From Archaeoglobaceae archaeon (lineage in GTDB: Archaea > Halobacteriota > Archaeoglobi > Archaeoglobales > Archaeoglobaceae): 64,000 nucleotides of DNA. Below the pieces are notes generated by a model. That model was not told the origin of the DNA. It saw nothing but the letters and a program-made list of their open reading frames with translations, and made no database searches. Where the stretch lies: positions 131 to 64,130 of the forward strand of contig JALSQI010000002.1 in the NCBI GenBank assembly GCA_026985525.1. Direction: 5' to 3'. Made by a program: the position numbers and the translations under genes. Positions 17,826-26,726 of the stretch are shown here, piece by piece. The first letter of the stretch is position 1. The number at the start of each line of letters is the position of its first letter.

Positions 17826-19465
17826 AATTTCTTCACCATATATTCAAATTCTTTATGGTATCCTAACTTTCTGTAATAAGGCCTAACACCCACGCCACTT
17901 ATAACGGCAATTCTGTCAAATTCGTCTCTCGCTATTTCTTCAGCTGTACTAAGCAGTTTTTCTCCAAACCCCCTATGCTGGGCAGATTTGCCAGTAGAGC
18001 CAATAGGCAAAGCGGTTCCGTAAACGTGCAATTCTCTAACGAGAGCGCAATCCTTTAAGCAATCGATAAAAGGTTTGTTTGGAAATCTAAGCCTTATAAA
18101 TCCAACCAAGGCATCTATGCTTTCAACCTCGTAAGATATGAAGAACTCCTTCCCTCCAGAAGCTCTGTAACTTCTAATTTTAAGCTCAGCTTCACTTAAA
18201 ATTTCGTCTATGTTGACTTTTTTGCCTTCTCTTTCAAGCTCTAAAATTCTATGCCCTATTTCTCTGCACCTTATGCACCTACAGCTGTAGCCGAGTTCTT
18301 TCAACTTCTCTTTAACTAACTGCCTCAAGTTTCCTCTATCTAAACCAATAGCAGCTTTTACGGGAATGTCTCTCTGAACTCTTTGAATTCTAACGTATTC
18401 GGGAATGTACTTTTTCGCTCTAACTATCACTTCTACAGCCTCTTCAGTCGTGTACGGTTTGTAAATTCCTCTCTTGTAAAGCTCGTAAAGCTCCGTTCCT
18501 TCAACGACTAAAACAGGATATATCTTGAGGTAGTCTGGCTTAAACCTCTCATCCTCGAATAGCTTTTTAAAAACTTCAACGTCCCTCTTTACACTCTTTT
18601 GGAAGTTGCTATCTGGCAATCCCGGCATGATGTGATATCCTACTTTAAATCCTGAATCCTTCAGAAGTTCTGTTGCCCTTACTATTTCTTTTAAACCATG
18701 CCCTCTTTTTATCGTCCTTAGCACATCTTCGAAAATGCTTTGTACACCAAGTTCAACTTTTGTAGCACCGTAACTTAGCATTTCCATGATGTGGTATTCC
18801 ATTGCGTAATCCGGCCTCGTTTCTATTGTTAATCCTACGCACCTCGCTTTAGCGTTTTCATTTCTAATTTTTTCAAATTCTATAACTTCAGCGTTAGCAT
18901 CTTTTACTTCTCCTCTGTATTCTGGAAAGTCGTTTAGTGCTTTGAAAACGTTTGCTATGAAGTAATCTCTATAGCTCTTATCTCTTGCAGGAAAAGTTCC
19001 ACCCATAACTATTACTTCTACTTTGTCAACTGAATGACCGATCTCACTTAGCTCAATAAGCCTAAAAATAACTTGATCGTACGGATTGTAGTTGTGCTGT
19101 CTCCCCCTCTGAGCAGCTGGCTCCAATCCTACGTACGATTGAGGAGTGTTAACACTAACACCTCCCGGACACATCAAACACCTACCGTGAGGACACTTAG
19201 CAGGAGATGTCATTACGCTAACGACCGATACACCAGAAATAGTTCTAACCGGTTTTAATTTCAAAACTTCCCTAAGTTTTTCGTATTTTTCATCCTTTCC
19301 AAATTCTTCTTCGTAAGCTTTTAGTAGTTCAGCATCTCCGGGTATTCTACTAAGCCCAAACTCCTTGCTAACTTCTTTTTTAATTTTTGCGACTTCTTTT
19401 TTATCCAGAGATTTGCTCCTCAAAACTCTTAAAGCTGCTTCTAACGCCGCCTTTTTTTCTATCAT
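17819..19465 (-). CDS. elp3: Elp3-type radical SAM / GNAT acetyltransferase (tRNA modification)
   Basis: 548-aa protein with a radical-SAM Cys cluster (CPHGRCLMCPGG) and a C-terminal GNAT domain (HRGFGEKLL). Confidence 0.85.
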   Translation of the reverse strand: MIEKKAALEAALRVLRSKSLDKKEVAKIKKEVSKEFGLSRIPGDAELLKAYEEEFGKDEKYEKLREVLKLKPVRTISGVSVVSVMTSPAKCPHGRCLMCPGGVSVNTPQSYVGLEPAAQRGRQHNYNPYDQVIFRLIELSEIGHSVDKVEVIVMGGTFPARDKSYRDYFIANVFKALNDFPEYRGEVKDANAEVIEFEKIRNENAKARCVGLTIETRPDYAMEYHIMEMLSYGATKVELGVQSIFEDVLRTIKRGHGLKEIVRATELLKDSGFKVGYHIMPGLPDSNFQKSVKRDVEVFKKLFEDERFKPDYLKIYPVLVVEGTELYELYKRGIYKPYTTEEAVEVIVRAKKYIPEYVRIQRVQRDIPVKAAIGLDRGNLRQLVKEKLKELGYSCRCIRCREIGHRILELEREGKKVNIDEILSEAELKIRSYRASGGKEFFISYEVESIDALVGFIRLRFPNKPFIDCLKDCALVRELHVYGTALPIGSTGKSAQHRGFGEKLLSTAEEIARDEFDRIAVISGVGVRPYYRKLGYHKEFEYMVKKLC

Positions 19466-19492
19466 TTTCCTCGACTAAAAATTTAAAAAATT

Positions 19493-20506
19493 TTAAAGCT
19501 TCTCGTCTCTTAAATCTATTATTTGATGTAACTCAGGACCGGTTGAGATTAAAGTTACCGGAACTTTTACGTCGTCTTCAACTTTCTCTACGAACTCCTT
19601 AGCCTTTGGAGTTAGCTTTTCCCATTCAGTAACGCCATAACACTCCTTGTCGAGCTTGTCTATTCCAGTTATGGCTACCTGAGTCGCTCCATTCACCATC
19701 GCAGAGTATCTCGCTAACTTTCCGTCCCAGTAACCTATTCTTCTCCTCCTGCCTGTTACTGTTCCGTATTCGATTATTCCAAGTTTTTCAGCCTCCTCTT
19801 GAGGCATTTCCGTTGGAAATGGGCCAGCTCCAACTCTTGTCGGGAACGTTTTAAAAACTACGACTACTTCATCAACTTTTGTCGGGCCAATTCCAACGTC
19901 AGAAGCTATTGCTGAAGCTGTTGTGTCCTTAGAAGTTACGTATGGGTAAGTTCCGTAGTAAAGGCTTAAGGCAAAACCTTGACTACCTTCAACTAATACG
20001 AACTCGCCTTTATCTATTGCCTCATTAACTTCAAGTGGCACATCTGCTAAGAACTCAGATAGCTCTTCCACGTCTTTTGCTTGCTTAGCTATCCTCATAA
20101 CCCTATCCCTATTAGCGGGACCACATCCAGTGCCGGTAGAGCCTATTTTTCCTTTTAAGTGTTCGCTCGACCTGTCCTCCTCTATGTGCTTTGGTTCTAT
20201 AATCGCACACCTATAATCTACTTTCGCCCTGTCTCTAACGTTTAGCAATTCCACTTCCTTAAGAAAGACTTCTGGATTTACCAAAACTCCAGCCCCTATC
20301 ATTAACTTCGCTTCTGGATAAACGAAGCCGGAAGGTATCATTCTCACTCCAAACTTTTTGCCTTCAACTTCTACGGTGTGTCCTGCGTTTGGACCAACTC
20401 CGCCTCTCGCAATTATTACCGGCTTATCAGAGTACGCTATGTGTGCGATTATCTTACCCTTTCCCTCATCTCCCCAGAATCCACCAACGACTATTGTTGC
20501 AGTCAT
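19493..20506 (-). CDS. purA: adenylosuccinate synthetase (short archaeal form)
   Basis: [12 protein letters not shown]-loop, GPNAGH and GTTGRG-like GSTGTGCGP motifs. 337 aa. Confidence 0.85.
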   Translation of the reverse strand: MTATIVVGGFWGDEGKGKIIAHIAYSDKPVIIARGGVGPNAGHTVEVEGKKFGVRMIPSGFVYPEAKLMIGAGVLVNPEVFLKEVELLNVRDRAKVDYRCAIIEPKHIEEDRSSEHLKGKIGSTGTGCGPANRDRVMRIAKQAKDVEELSEFLADVPLEVNEAIDKGEFVLVEGSQGFALSLYYGTYPYVTSKDTTASAIASDVGIGPTKVDEVVVVFKTFPTRVGAGPFPTEMPQEEAEKLGIIEYGTVTGRRRRIGYWDGKLARYSAMVNGATQVAITGIDKLDKECYGVTEWEKLTPKAKEFVEKVEDDVKVPVTLISTGPELHQIIDLRDEKL

Positions 20507-20575
20507 GATTTACCACCTTAACTACAGAAGTTTTAACTTTGCCGGTTTTGCTTTTGAGGTTTTGTTTTGACAACC

Positions 20576-20583
20576 TTTATAAT
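20576..20583 (+). promoter_or_regulatory. TATA box candidate for the FtsZ-like gene
   Basis: TTTATAAT sits about 25 nt upstream of the GTG at 20605, which would give a leaderless transcript. Confidence 0.35.
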
Positions 20584-20604
20584 TCATTATTCAGATTTAA
20601 CTTC

Positions 20605-21537
20605 GTGAGATTACTCACCATAGGTTCTGGTACGAGGGGAAGTCAGATTGCTGACGTGATAGCTAAGAGAAGCGTTAAAGTTAACGGTGTAAAGTTATTC
20701 AAATGTTATGCCGTGTCCAATGAAATAGAAGTTCTAAAATCCCTTAAAGGCATACCTGAAATTGATAGGTTTCACATAGCAGTCCCACAATCGAGAAGTG
20801 ACGTCGGAGGAATTGTTAATTCTATAATGGAAAAACCAGAGATATTTGAAGGATGTTTGCTTATATCTTCTATCGACGAGGATTTTAGCTATTTTCTCGG
20901 AATAGAGATGGCAGAAAAAGTAAAAGAAGCTATGGAGGATCCCATCATAGGCCTTGCAACCCTCACTATTGGTGGAGAAGTTGCAGAAGTTAGGAGGAGG
21001 ATAAAAGAGTTGAGGAAAAAAGTTGACATCTTAATACTGTTTCAAGAACAAGAAGGTGTAGAAGAGAAAATTTCTAATTCGATGAACTTAATAGCTCTCG
21101 TCGGAGAAGTTGACATGAAAAAAGGTAAGACGGGAGAAGTTGTTGTTGACACATCAGATGTATTCAACGCTTTAATGAAGCCGGGCATAGCTGCTGTTGG
21201 ATGTGCGAGCGTTAAATTACCTCATCCAATAATAAGAAAACTGTTTATGAAAAAAGACTATCAGATTAAAGGAGTTAGAGCTCAGAGAATGGTAGATTTG
21301 TTAAAAGAGGCACACAAAAACTTGAGCATAGGCATAGATGAGGAATCTGCCAGAAGTGCTCTTTTCGTTTTTTCTGGCTCTCCGGAAGAGATAACAATGG
21401 ACGGTATTTTTGCGTGCATATCAATACTCGAAAGTCTTTCTCCAGAAATGGAAGTTAGGTATGGGGATTATCCTTGCAAAAAGGGAGAGTTATCCGTTGC
21501 TTTGCTTTACGCGGGGGTTACGAGGCTTAAGTTTTAA
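20605..21537 (+). CDS. FtsZ/tubulin-superfamily protein with degenerate GTP-binding motifs
   Basis: Colinear by eye with archaeal FtsZ. LLTIGSGTRGS aligns with the G1 region and VDILILFQ with VDTLIVIPN. VVDTSDVFNAL aligns with the T7 NVDFADV, and SALFVFSGSPEEITMDG with GALIHVMGPEDLTLEE. The GGGTGTG signature is replaced by SSIDEDFSYFLG. I chose the GTG start at 20605. Confidence 0.5.
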   Translation: MRLLTIGSGTRGSQIADVIAKRSVKVNGVKLFKCYAVSNEIEVLKSLKGIPEIDRFHIAVPQSRSDVGGIVNSIMEKPEIFEGCLLISSIDEDFSYFLGIEMAEKVKEAMEDPIIGLATLTIGGEVAEVRRRIKELRKKVDILILFQEQEGVEEKISNSMNLIALVGEVDMKKGKTGEVVVDTSDVFNALMKPGIAAVGCASVKLPHPIIRKLFMKKDYQIKGVRAQRMVDLLKEAHKNLSIGIDEESARSALFVFSGSPEEITMDGIFACISILESLSPEMEVRYGDYPCKKGELSVALLYAGVTRLKF

Positions 21538-21577
21538 TGCTTAAGTTTTAATTAAATTTAAATATTGAATAATAGAA

Positions 21578-24193
21578 TTAAAACTCCACGAAAACTATTG
21601 TTTCCCCTATCTCTAATACGTCAACAACTTTTCCGCTCACAACTTTTTCTGTAACAGCCTTAAACCACTCTGGCTTTAATTCTATTAATTCTCCACCTAT
21701 TTCTACTTTTAAACCTTCTCTAATCAACTTCCACTTCTCCTCTTCACTCATTTTTTCGATTGCTTTAATTATTTCTTTAACCTTGTCTCGGAACATTGGG
21801 CCAAGAACGCTGAAATCTGGTTTTATCTCCTTAATCCTTACCTCGACATCCGGCATTTCGCTTAATACTTCAACCTTAGCGTTTAAAGCTCCAGCCACAT
21901 CTCTTTCATCGATTTTTAAGCTGGGATATATCTTTACAAGCTTCACTGGTGCGTTTAAAGCTAATCCCTTCTCGTGTTTAAGCCTTCTAACTCCAGCCAC
22001 TATTTCTTTCATAAGCTCTCCGCTCTTTTCAGCTTCCTCGTCAATGTACTTTTCGTACTCCTCCGGTTCGGGGTAGCTTGAAAGGTGTACACTGCCATTA
22101 CCATTTATTACGCTCCAGCACTCCTCTGCAAGAAATGGAGTTATTGGGGCAATCAATCGAATTAGTGTATCTGCTACGGTGTACAAAACGAATCTTGCCG
22201 CATCTCTTTCGTGCTTTTCCCCGGAGTAAAGCCTGTTCTTAACTATTTCGAGGTAATTGTCAGCGTATTCGTACCAAGTAAAGCTTCTTATGGCTTTTAA
22301 TGTCTCATCAAATCTGTACTTATCCATGAATTCGTTAACGGACTTAACTAATTTCGCTAATTTTGAAAGTATCCACCTGTCAGCTATTCTCAAATCAGCT
22401 TTCTCTACCCTCTCTCCCATCAAGTGGGAGTGAGTAAACCTTATAACGCTCCAGAACTTCTGCTGAAATCTTGATGCTGCTATGACCTCTTTCCAAGTAA
22501 ATATGACGTCACTGCCTATAACTCCTGTTGCAGCCCACTGCCTCATAGCATCTGCTCCGTATTTCTCAATAACTTCATCTGGCTGAATTATATTCCCAAG
22601 ACTTTTGCTCATCTTCCTTCCATCTTCTCCAAGCACCATTCCGTTTATTACAATCTCTTTCCACGGAATTCTGTTTACGAGGGATATCGACCTGAGTATC
22701 GTGTAAAAAGCCCAAGTTCTTATTATGTCGTGTCCCTGAGGTCTTAGACTAACTGGATAGTCAAAGTCTTTCCAGTCGTATGGCCAACCTGTTATAGCAA
22801 GCGGAGTTATTGAAGAGTCCATCCAAGTGTCTAAAACGTCTTTTTCTCCTTCAAACTCCTCACTCCCACACTTACACGGCTTTTTCGGTTTGTCCTTAGT
22901 TGGATCTACAGGCAACCACTCTTCTTCAGCAACTACTACTTCTCCACATTTCTTGCAATACCAGACGGGTATAGGGGTTGCAAAAATTCTCTGCCTGCTT
23001 ATAACCCAATCCCATTCCATACCTTCTACCCAGCTTTCTAATCGAGAAAGCATGTGTTCAGGAATCCATTTTACCTTTCTCGCCGCTTCAAGAGCTTTTT
23101 TTCTGTCAATTTTTACGAACCACTGCACTTCAGCGATTATTTCCACTGGAGTCTTACATCTCCAGCAAACTCCGACGTTCTGCTCTACTGTTTCCTGCTT
23201 TAACAACCTACCTTCCTTAGCTAAATCATCCAATATTGCTTCTCTCGCCTCTCTAACATTCATTCCAGCGTATTTTCCTGCTTTTTCGTTTAACTTTCCA
23301 TTTCTGTCGAGAATGATTCTAAGTTCTAAATTATGCTTTTTCCACCACTTAACGTCTTGCCTATCACCAAAAGTACATATCATCACAGCTCCAGTTCCGT
23401 ATTCTGGATCAACATCTTCATCTTCTATTACTTCAACCTCGTAATCAGTTAAAGGAACTTTTATTTTCATCCCAACTTTATCCTTAAACCTCTTATCTTC
23501 AGGATTTACGGCAATTGCCACGCAAGCTGGTATAAGCTCAGGTCTCGTAGTAGCTATTACTATGGAATTCTCACCATCGCCAAACCTTATGTAGTTCAGA
23601 TTAGTCAAACCCTTCTTGTACTCTATTTCTGCCAAAGCGATTGTCGTTTCGCACCTCGGACAAACTATTACCGGATGATAACCTCTATATATAAGTCCTT
23701 TTTTGTACATTCTAACGAAGGAGATTTGAGTCTTAGTGTAGTATTCAGGATACATTGTTATGTATTCCTTGCTCCAGTCTATTGAAAAAGCGAGTCTTTT
23801 CATAGTTTTTCTCATCTTCTCTATGTTTTCTTCCGTAAACTTTATGCAGAGCTTTCTAAATTCGTCTCTATCGGCTTCACTCTTCTTTATGCCGTGTATT
23901 TCCTCAACTTTTACTTCAGTTGGTAATCCATGACAATCCCAGCCTTGAGGAAACAAAACTTCGTACCCCTTCATTCTCTTGTACCTCGCTATGAAGTCTA
24001 TGTAGCACCAGTTCAGAGCGTTGCCTATGTGAAAAGAGCCAGTTGGATAAGGCGGGGGAGTATCTATTATGAAGTGAGGTTTTTTAGAGTTCCAGTCAAA
24101 AAAGTACATGTCTTCTTTCCACGTTTTTACCCATTTTTCTTCAACTTCTTTCGCTTTATACTCTTTTTCTAAGGAGTTAGCTTTACCGGGCAT
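21578..24193 (-). CDS. valS: valyl-tRNA synthetase
   Basis: DTPPPYPTG, QGWDCHGLPTE and KMSKSLGN motifs. I chose the start at ATG 24193; the ORF track extends to a TTG at 24247. Confidence 0.85.
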   Translation of the reverse strand: MPGKANSLEKEYKAKEVEEKWVKTWKEDMYFFDWNSKKPHFIIDTPPPYPTGSFHIGNALNWCYIDFIARYKRMKGYEVLFPQGWDCHGLPTEVKVEEIHGIKKSEADRDEFRKLCIKFTEENIEKMRKTMKRLAFSIDWSKEYITMYPEYYTKTQISFVRMYKKGLIYRGYHPVIVCPRCETTIALAEIEYKKGLTNLNYIRFGDGENSIVIATTRPELIPACVAIAVNPEDKRFKDKVGMKIKVPLTDYEVEVIEDEDVDPEYGTGAVMICTFGDRQDVKWWKKHNLELRIILDRNGKLNEKAGKYAGMNVREAREAILDDLAKEGRLLKQETVEQNVGVCWRCKTPVEIIAEVQWFVKIDRKKALEAARKVKWIPEHMLSRLESWVEGMEWDWVISRQRIFATPIPVWYCKKCGEVVVAEEEWLPVDPTKDKPKKPCKCGSEEFEGEKDVLDTWMDSSITPLAITGWPYDWKDFDYPVSLRPQGHDIIRTWAFYTILRSISLVNRIPWKEIVINGMVLGEDGRKMSKSLGNIIQPDEVIEKYGADAMRQWAATGVIGSDVIFTWKEVIAASRFQQKFWSVIRFTHSHLMGERVEKADLRIADRWILSKLAKLVKSVNEFMDKYRFDETLKAIRSFTWYEYADNYLEIVKNRLYSGEKHERDAARFVLYTVADTLIRLIAPITPFLAEECWSVINGNGSVHLSSYPEPEEYEKYIDEEAEKSGELMKEIVAGVRRLKHEKGLALNAPVKLVKIYPSLKIDERDVAGALNAKVEVLSEMPDVEVRIKEIKPDFSVLGPMFRDKVKEIIKAIEKMSEEEKWKLIREGLKVEIGGELIELKPEWFKAVTEKVVSGKVVDVLEIGETIVFVEF

Positions 24194-24281
24194 GATGCCA
24201 TCCTGATCGAACAGGATTAAAACGTTTTTTATTATCCCGCAGGGCAAGGTTTAAATGCAAAGAACCATAGGTATTTGCAGA

Positions 24282-24356
24282 GGGCCCGTGGCTTAGCATG
24301 GATAAAGCACCGGCCTTCTAAGCCGGGGATCGCGGGTTCAAATCCCGCCGGGTCCG
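24282..24356 (+). tRNA. tRNA-Arg (anticodon TCT)
   Basis: Cloverleaf: acceptor GGGCCCG/CGGGTCC, D stem GCTT/AAGC, anticodon stem CCGGC/GCCGG with loop CTTCTAA, and T arm GCGGG-TTCAAAT-CCCGC. Confidence 0.9.
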
Positions 24357-24377
24357 TTTGCTTTTTGTTTTGTTTTA
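24357..24377 (+). terminator. oligo-T terminator after tRNA-Arg
   Basis: TTTGCTTTTTGTTTTGTTTT lies immediately 3' of the tRNA. This is the archaeal T-tract terminator type. Confidence 0.35.
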
Positions 24378-24436
24378 TCATTGTCTTACGGTTTTGCGAT
24401 AGCAACTTTCATTAAATGGTGTCTGTACTTTGAGGT

Positions 24437-24931
24437 ATGGCTGTAGTCTCCTTAGTCGTAGAGCTCAAAGACAAGCCCGGACAGTTAGCAAAAGTAATAG
24501 ATCCCGTATCTAAGTGTAAAGGAAATATAATCAGCATAGTTCACAGAAGAGAAGAAACAACAGCTGGGAAAGTACCAGTAGAAATTTCAATAGAAATAGA
24601 AGAAAAAAACGTGAAAAAACTTCTTGAAATGCTAAAATCTCAGGGAGTTGTCGTTAAGAGGTTTAACGAAGAAAGGCTAACGTCAACTACTTCTATAATG
24701 TTGATAGGCCACATAATACACACGGACTTAGCCAATACCATAGATGCCGTTGACAGAACTGGATTTGCAGAGGTCGTGGAAATGCACATATCAATGCCTT
24801 GTCTCAAAGAGCCTTCAACAGCCATGGTTACTATATCTGCTGTTAGCGAAGAGGGGTTGAAAAACGCTATTAGCAGGCTAAAGGATGTTTGTGAGAAAAA
24901 AGGTATTATGGTCATAGAACCGCTTGAGTGA
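24437..24931 (+). CDS. ACT-domain protein (amino-acid-binding regulatory protein)
   Basis: 164 aa. The ACT-like LVVELKDKPGQLAKV occurs in a tandem ACT arrangement. The gene overlaps the start of homoserine dehydrogenase. Confidence 0.6.
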   Translation: MAVVSLVVELKDKPGQLAKVIDPVSKCKGNIISIVHRREETTAGKVPVEISIEIEEKNVKKLLEMLKSQGVVVKRFNEERLTSTTSIMLIGHIIHTDLANTIDAVDRTGFAEVVEMHISMPCLKEPSTAMVTISAVSEEGLKNAISRLKDVCEKKGIMVIEPLE

Positions 24932-25929
24932 TAGTTATGATAAGGATAGCGATTTTTGGCTTTGGGGCGGTAGGTAGGGGAGTTGCAAAAGTTTTAATGG
25001 ATAGGAGAAGAATGGAAAAGTTGATAGGAGAGTACAGAGTTGTAGCTGTTGCGGATTCTAAGGGTTCCATCGTTTCAGAGTGCGTTAACTTGAAAGAAGT
25101 TTTAGAAATTAAAGAAAAAAAAGGTAGATTGCCCAAAGGAATGAGCGTGGAAGAGATAATAGATGAGGTCGAATTCGACGTTGCGTTAGAGTTAACTCCC
25201 ACAAACATAGACACGGGTGAGCCGGGATTGACTCACATAAAAAAGTGCTTAAAAAAAGGTTCTCATGTAGTAACTTCTAATAAAGGGCCTCTCGTAGTAG
25301 CTTACAAAGAACTTTCAAAAATGGCAGAGAAAAGCGGTGTAAAACTGATGTTTGAAGCGACTGTTGGCGGGGCTATGCCCGTAATAAAACTGATAAAAAG
25401 AGATTTAGCTGGAAATAAGATATTATCAATAAAAGGAATTTTAAACGGTACTTGCAATTACATACTTTCAAAAATGGAGAAAGAGAAATTACCTTACAGA
25501 GTTATTTTGTCCGAAGCAAAGGAGCTTGGAATAGCTGAAGCAAACGAAAGTTACGACGTGGAAGGAATAGATTCTGCCGCTAAGTTAGTGATATTAGCGA
25601 ATTCATTAATGGACATGGACGTAAAATTTGAAGACGTTGAAGTTAGAGGTATTACGAACATAACACCTGAAGCTTTCGAAATAGCACTTGAAAAAGGATA
25701 TACGATAAGGCTAATTGCAGAAGTCGATGGAAGTACGCTTAGAGTAAGTCCAAAGTTAATTCCCCTAAGCAATCCTCTCTGCATCCACGGGACTTTAAAT
25801 GCAATTTTGATAAAGACTGACTTAGCAAAAGAGGTTTTCGTTATAGGTAGAGGAGCTGGAAGTACGGAAACTGCAAGTGCTGTAATATCCGACCTAATAG
25901 AGATTTATTCTTGCGAGGTGAGCAGATGA
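24928..25929 (+). CDS. hom: homoserine dehydrogenase
   Basis: Rossmann motif IAIFGFGAVGRG, the VVTSNKGP block and GILNGTCNYIL, typical of Hom. Confidence 0.8.
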   Translation: MIVMIRIAIFGFGAVGRGVAKVLMDRRRMEKLIGEYRVVAVADSKGSIVSECVNLKEVLEIKEKKGRLPKGMSVEEIIDEVEFDVALELTPTNIDTGEPGLTHIKKCLKKGSHVVTSNKGPLVVAYKELSKMAEKSGVKLMFEATVGGAMPVIKLIKRDLAGNKILSIKGILNGTCNYILSKMEKEKLPYRVILSEAKELGIAEANESYDVEGIDSAAKLVILANSLMDMDVKFEDVEVRGITNITPEAFEIALEKGYTIRLIAEVDGSTLRVSPKLIPLSNPLCIHGTLNAILIKTDLAKEVFVIGRGAGSTETASAVISDLIEIYSCEVSR

Positions 25930-26630
25930 ATTCTATCGAAGTACTGCACGTAGTTAAAGTGTTAGTAGCCTTTGCGTTTCTACTTGAAGCGAGTAGGAGA
26001 GATATTAGAGAAAGGCTCGTTTCAAACAAGTTGTGGGTTTACATGATCCTAATTTTTGCCCCTCTAAACGTTTTAGAGTACGTAATAAGGCCGTTCAGCT
26101 TAGCTTTTGCGATTTTGCAGTTCATCTTCGTGTCAGCCTTTAGTTACGCAGTTTACTGGCTTGGACTTTATGGAGGAGCGGACGCAAAAGCCCTTATGAG
26201 TCTATCGTTTGCTTTTCCGGTCTATCCATTCTTTTACTCGTTTCCCTTACTTGGTAGAGGTTTGAACATTTTTGCTTTTTCCACTCTCGCAAATTCGGTA
26301 ATTGTAGCTCCAGCCTTAGTAATTCTAATTTTTGTTAAAAACGTTTTGAGTAGAGACTTAGAATTTCCATATTGTCTCATAGGATACAAGAAAAAATTGG
26401 AGGAAGTGAAATTCCACAACCTCCTCGAAAGAGTTGAAAACGGAAAAATCCATAGAGGATTGAGAGGTATTGAAGCCAACGAGGAAGAGATTAAAAAACT
26501 GAAAAAAGCGGGATTAAAAGAGGTTTGGGTTACTCCCGCTTTACCGTTTATCTGCTTTATAACTGCAGGATTTATCGTAGCTGTGTTCGTAGGAGATATT
26601 ATGTTTTATCTTATAAGAATGGTTTTATAA
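25926..26630 (+). CDS. A24-family archaeal prepilin/preflagellin peptidase
   Basis: Polytopic membrane protein with two Asp motifs (SRRDIRE and YGGADAKAL). I chose the start at the ATG that forms an ATGA overlap with the hom stop. Confidence 0.65.
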   Translation: MNSIEVLHVVKVLVAFAFLLEASRRDIRERLVSNKLWVYMILIFAPLNVLEYVIRPFSLAFAILQFIFVSAFSYAVYWLGLYGGADAKALMSLSFAFPVYPFFYSFPLLGRGLNIFAFSTLANSVIVAPALVILIFVKNVLSRDLEFPYCLIGYKKKLEEVKFHNLLERVENGKIHRGLRGIEANEEEIKKLKKAGLKEVWVTPALPFICFITAGFIVAVFVGDIMFYLIRMVL

Positions 26631-26726
26631 TGATTTTATTTTAGTGTTTTATTTTAACGCTATTACGCCTTTTATGCCCAAATTATCAAAAGCTTTAAAT
26701 ATGTCATCATAATAATGTAAATTATA

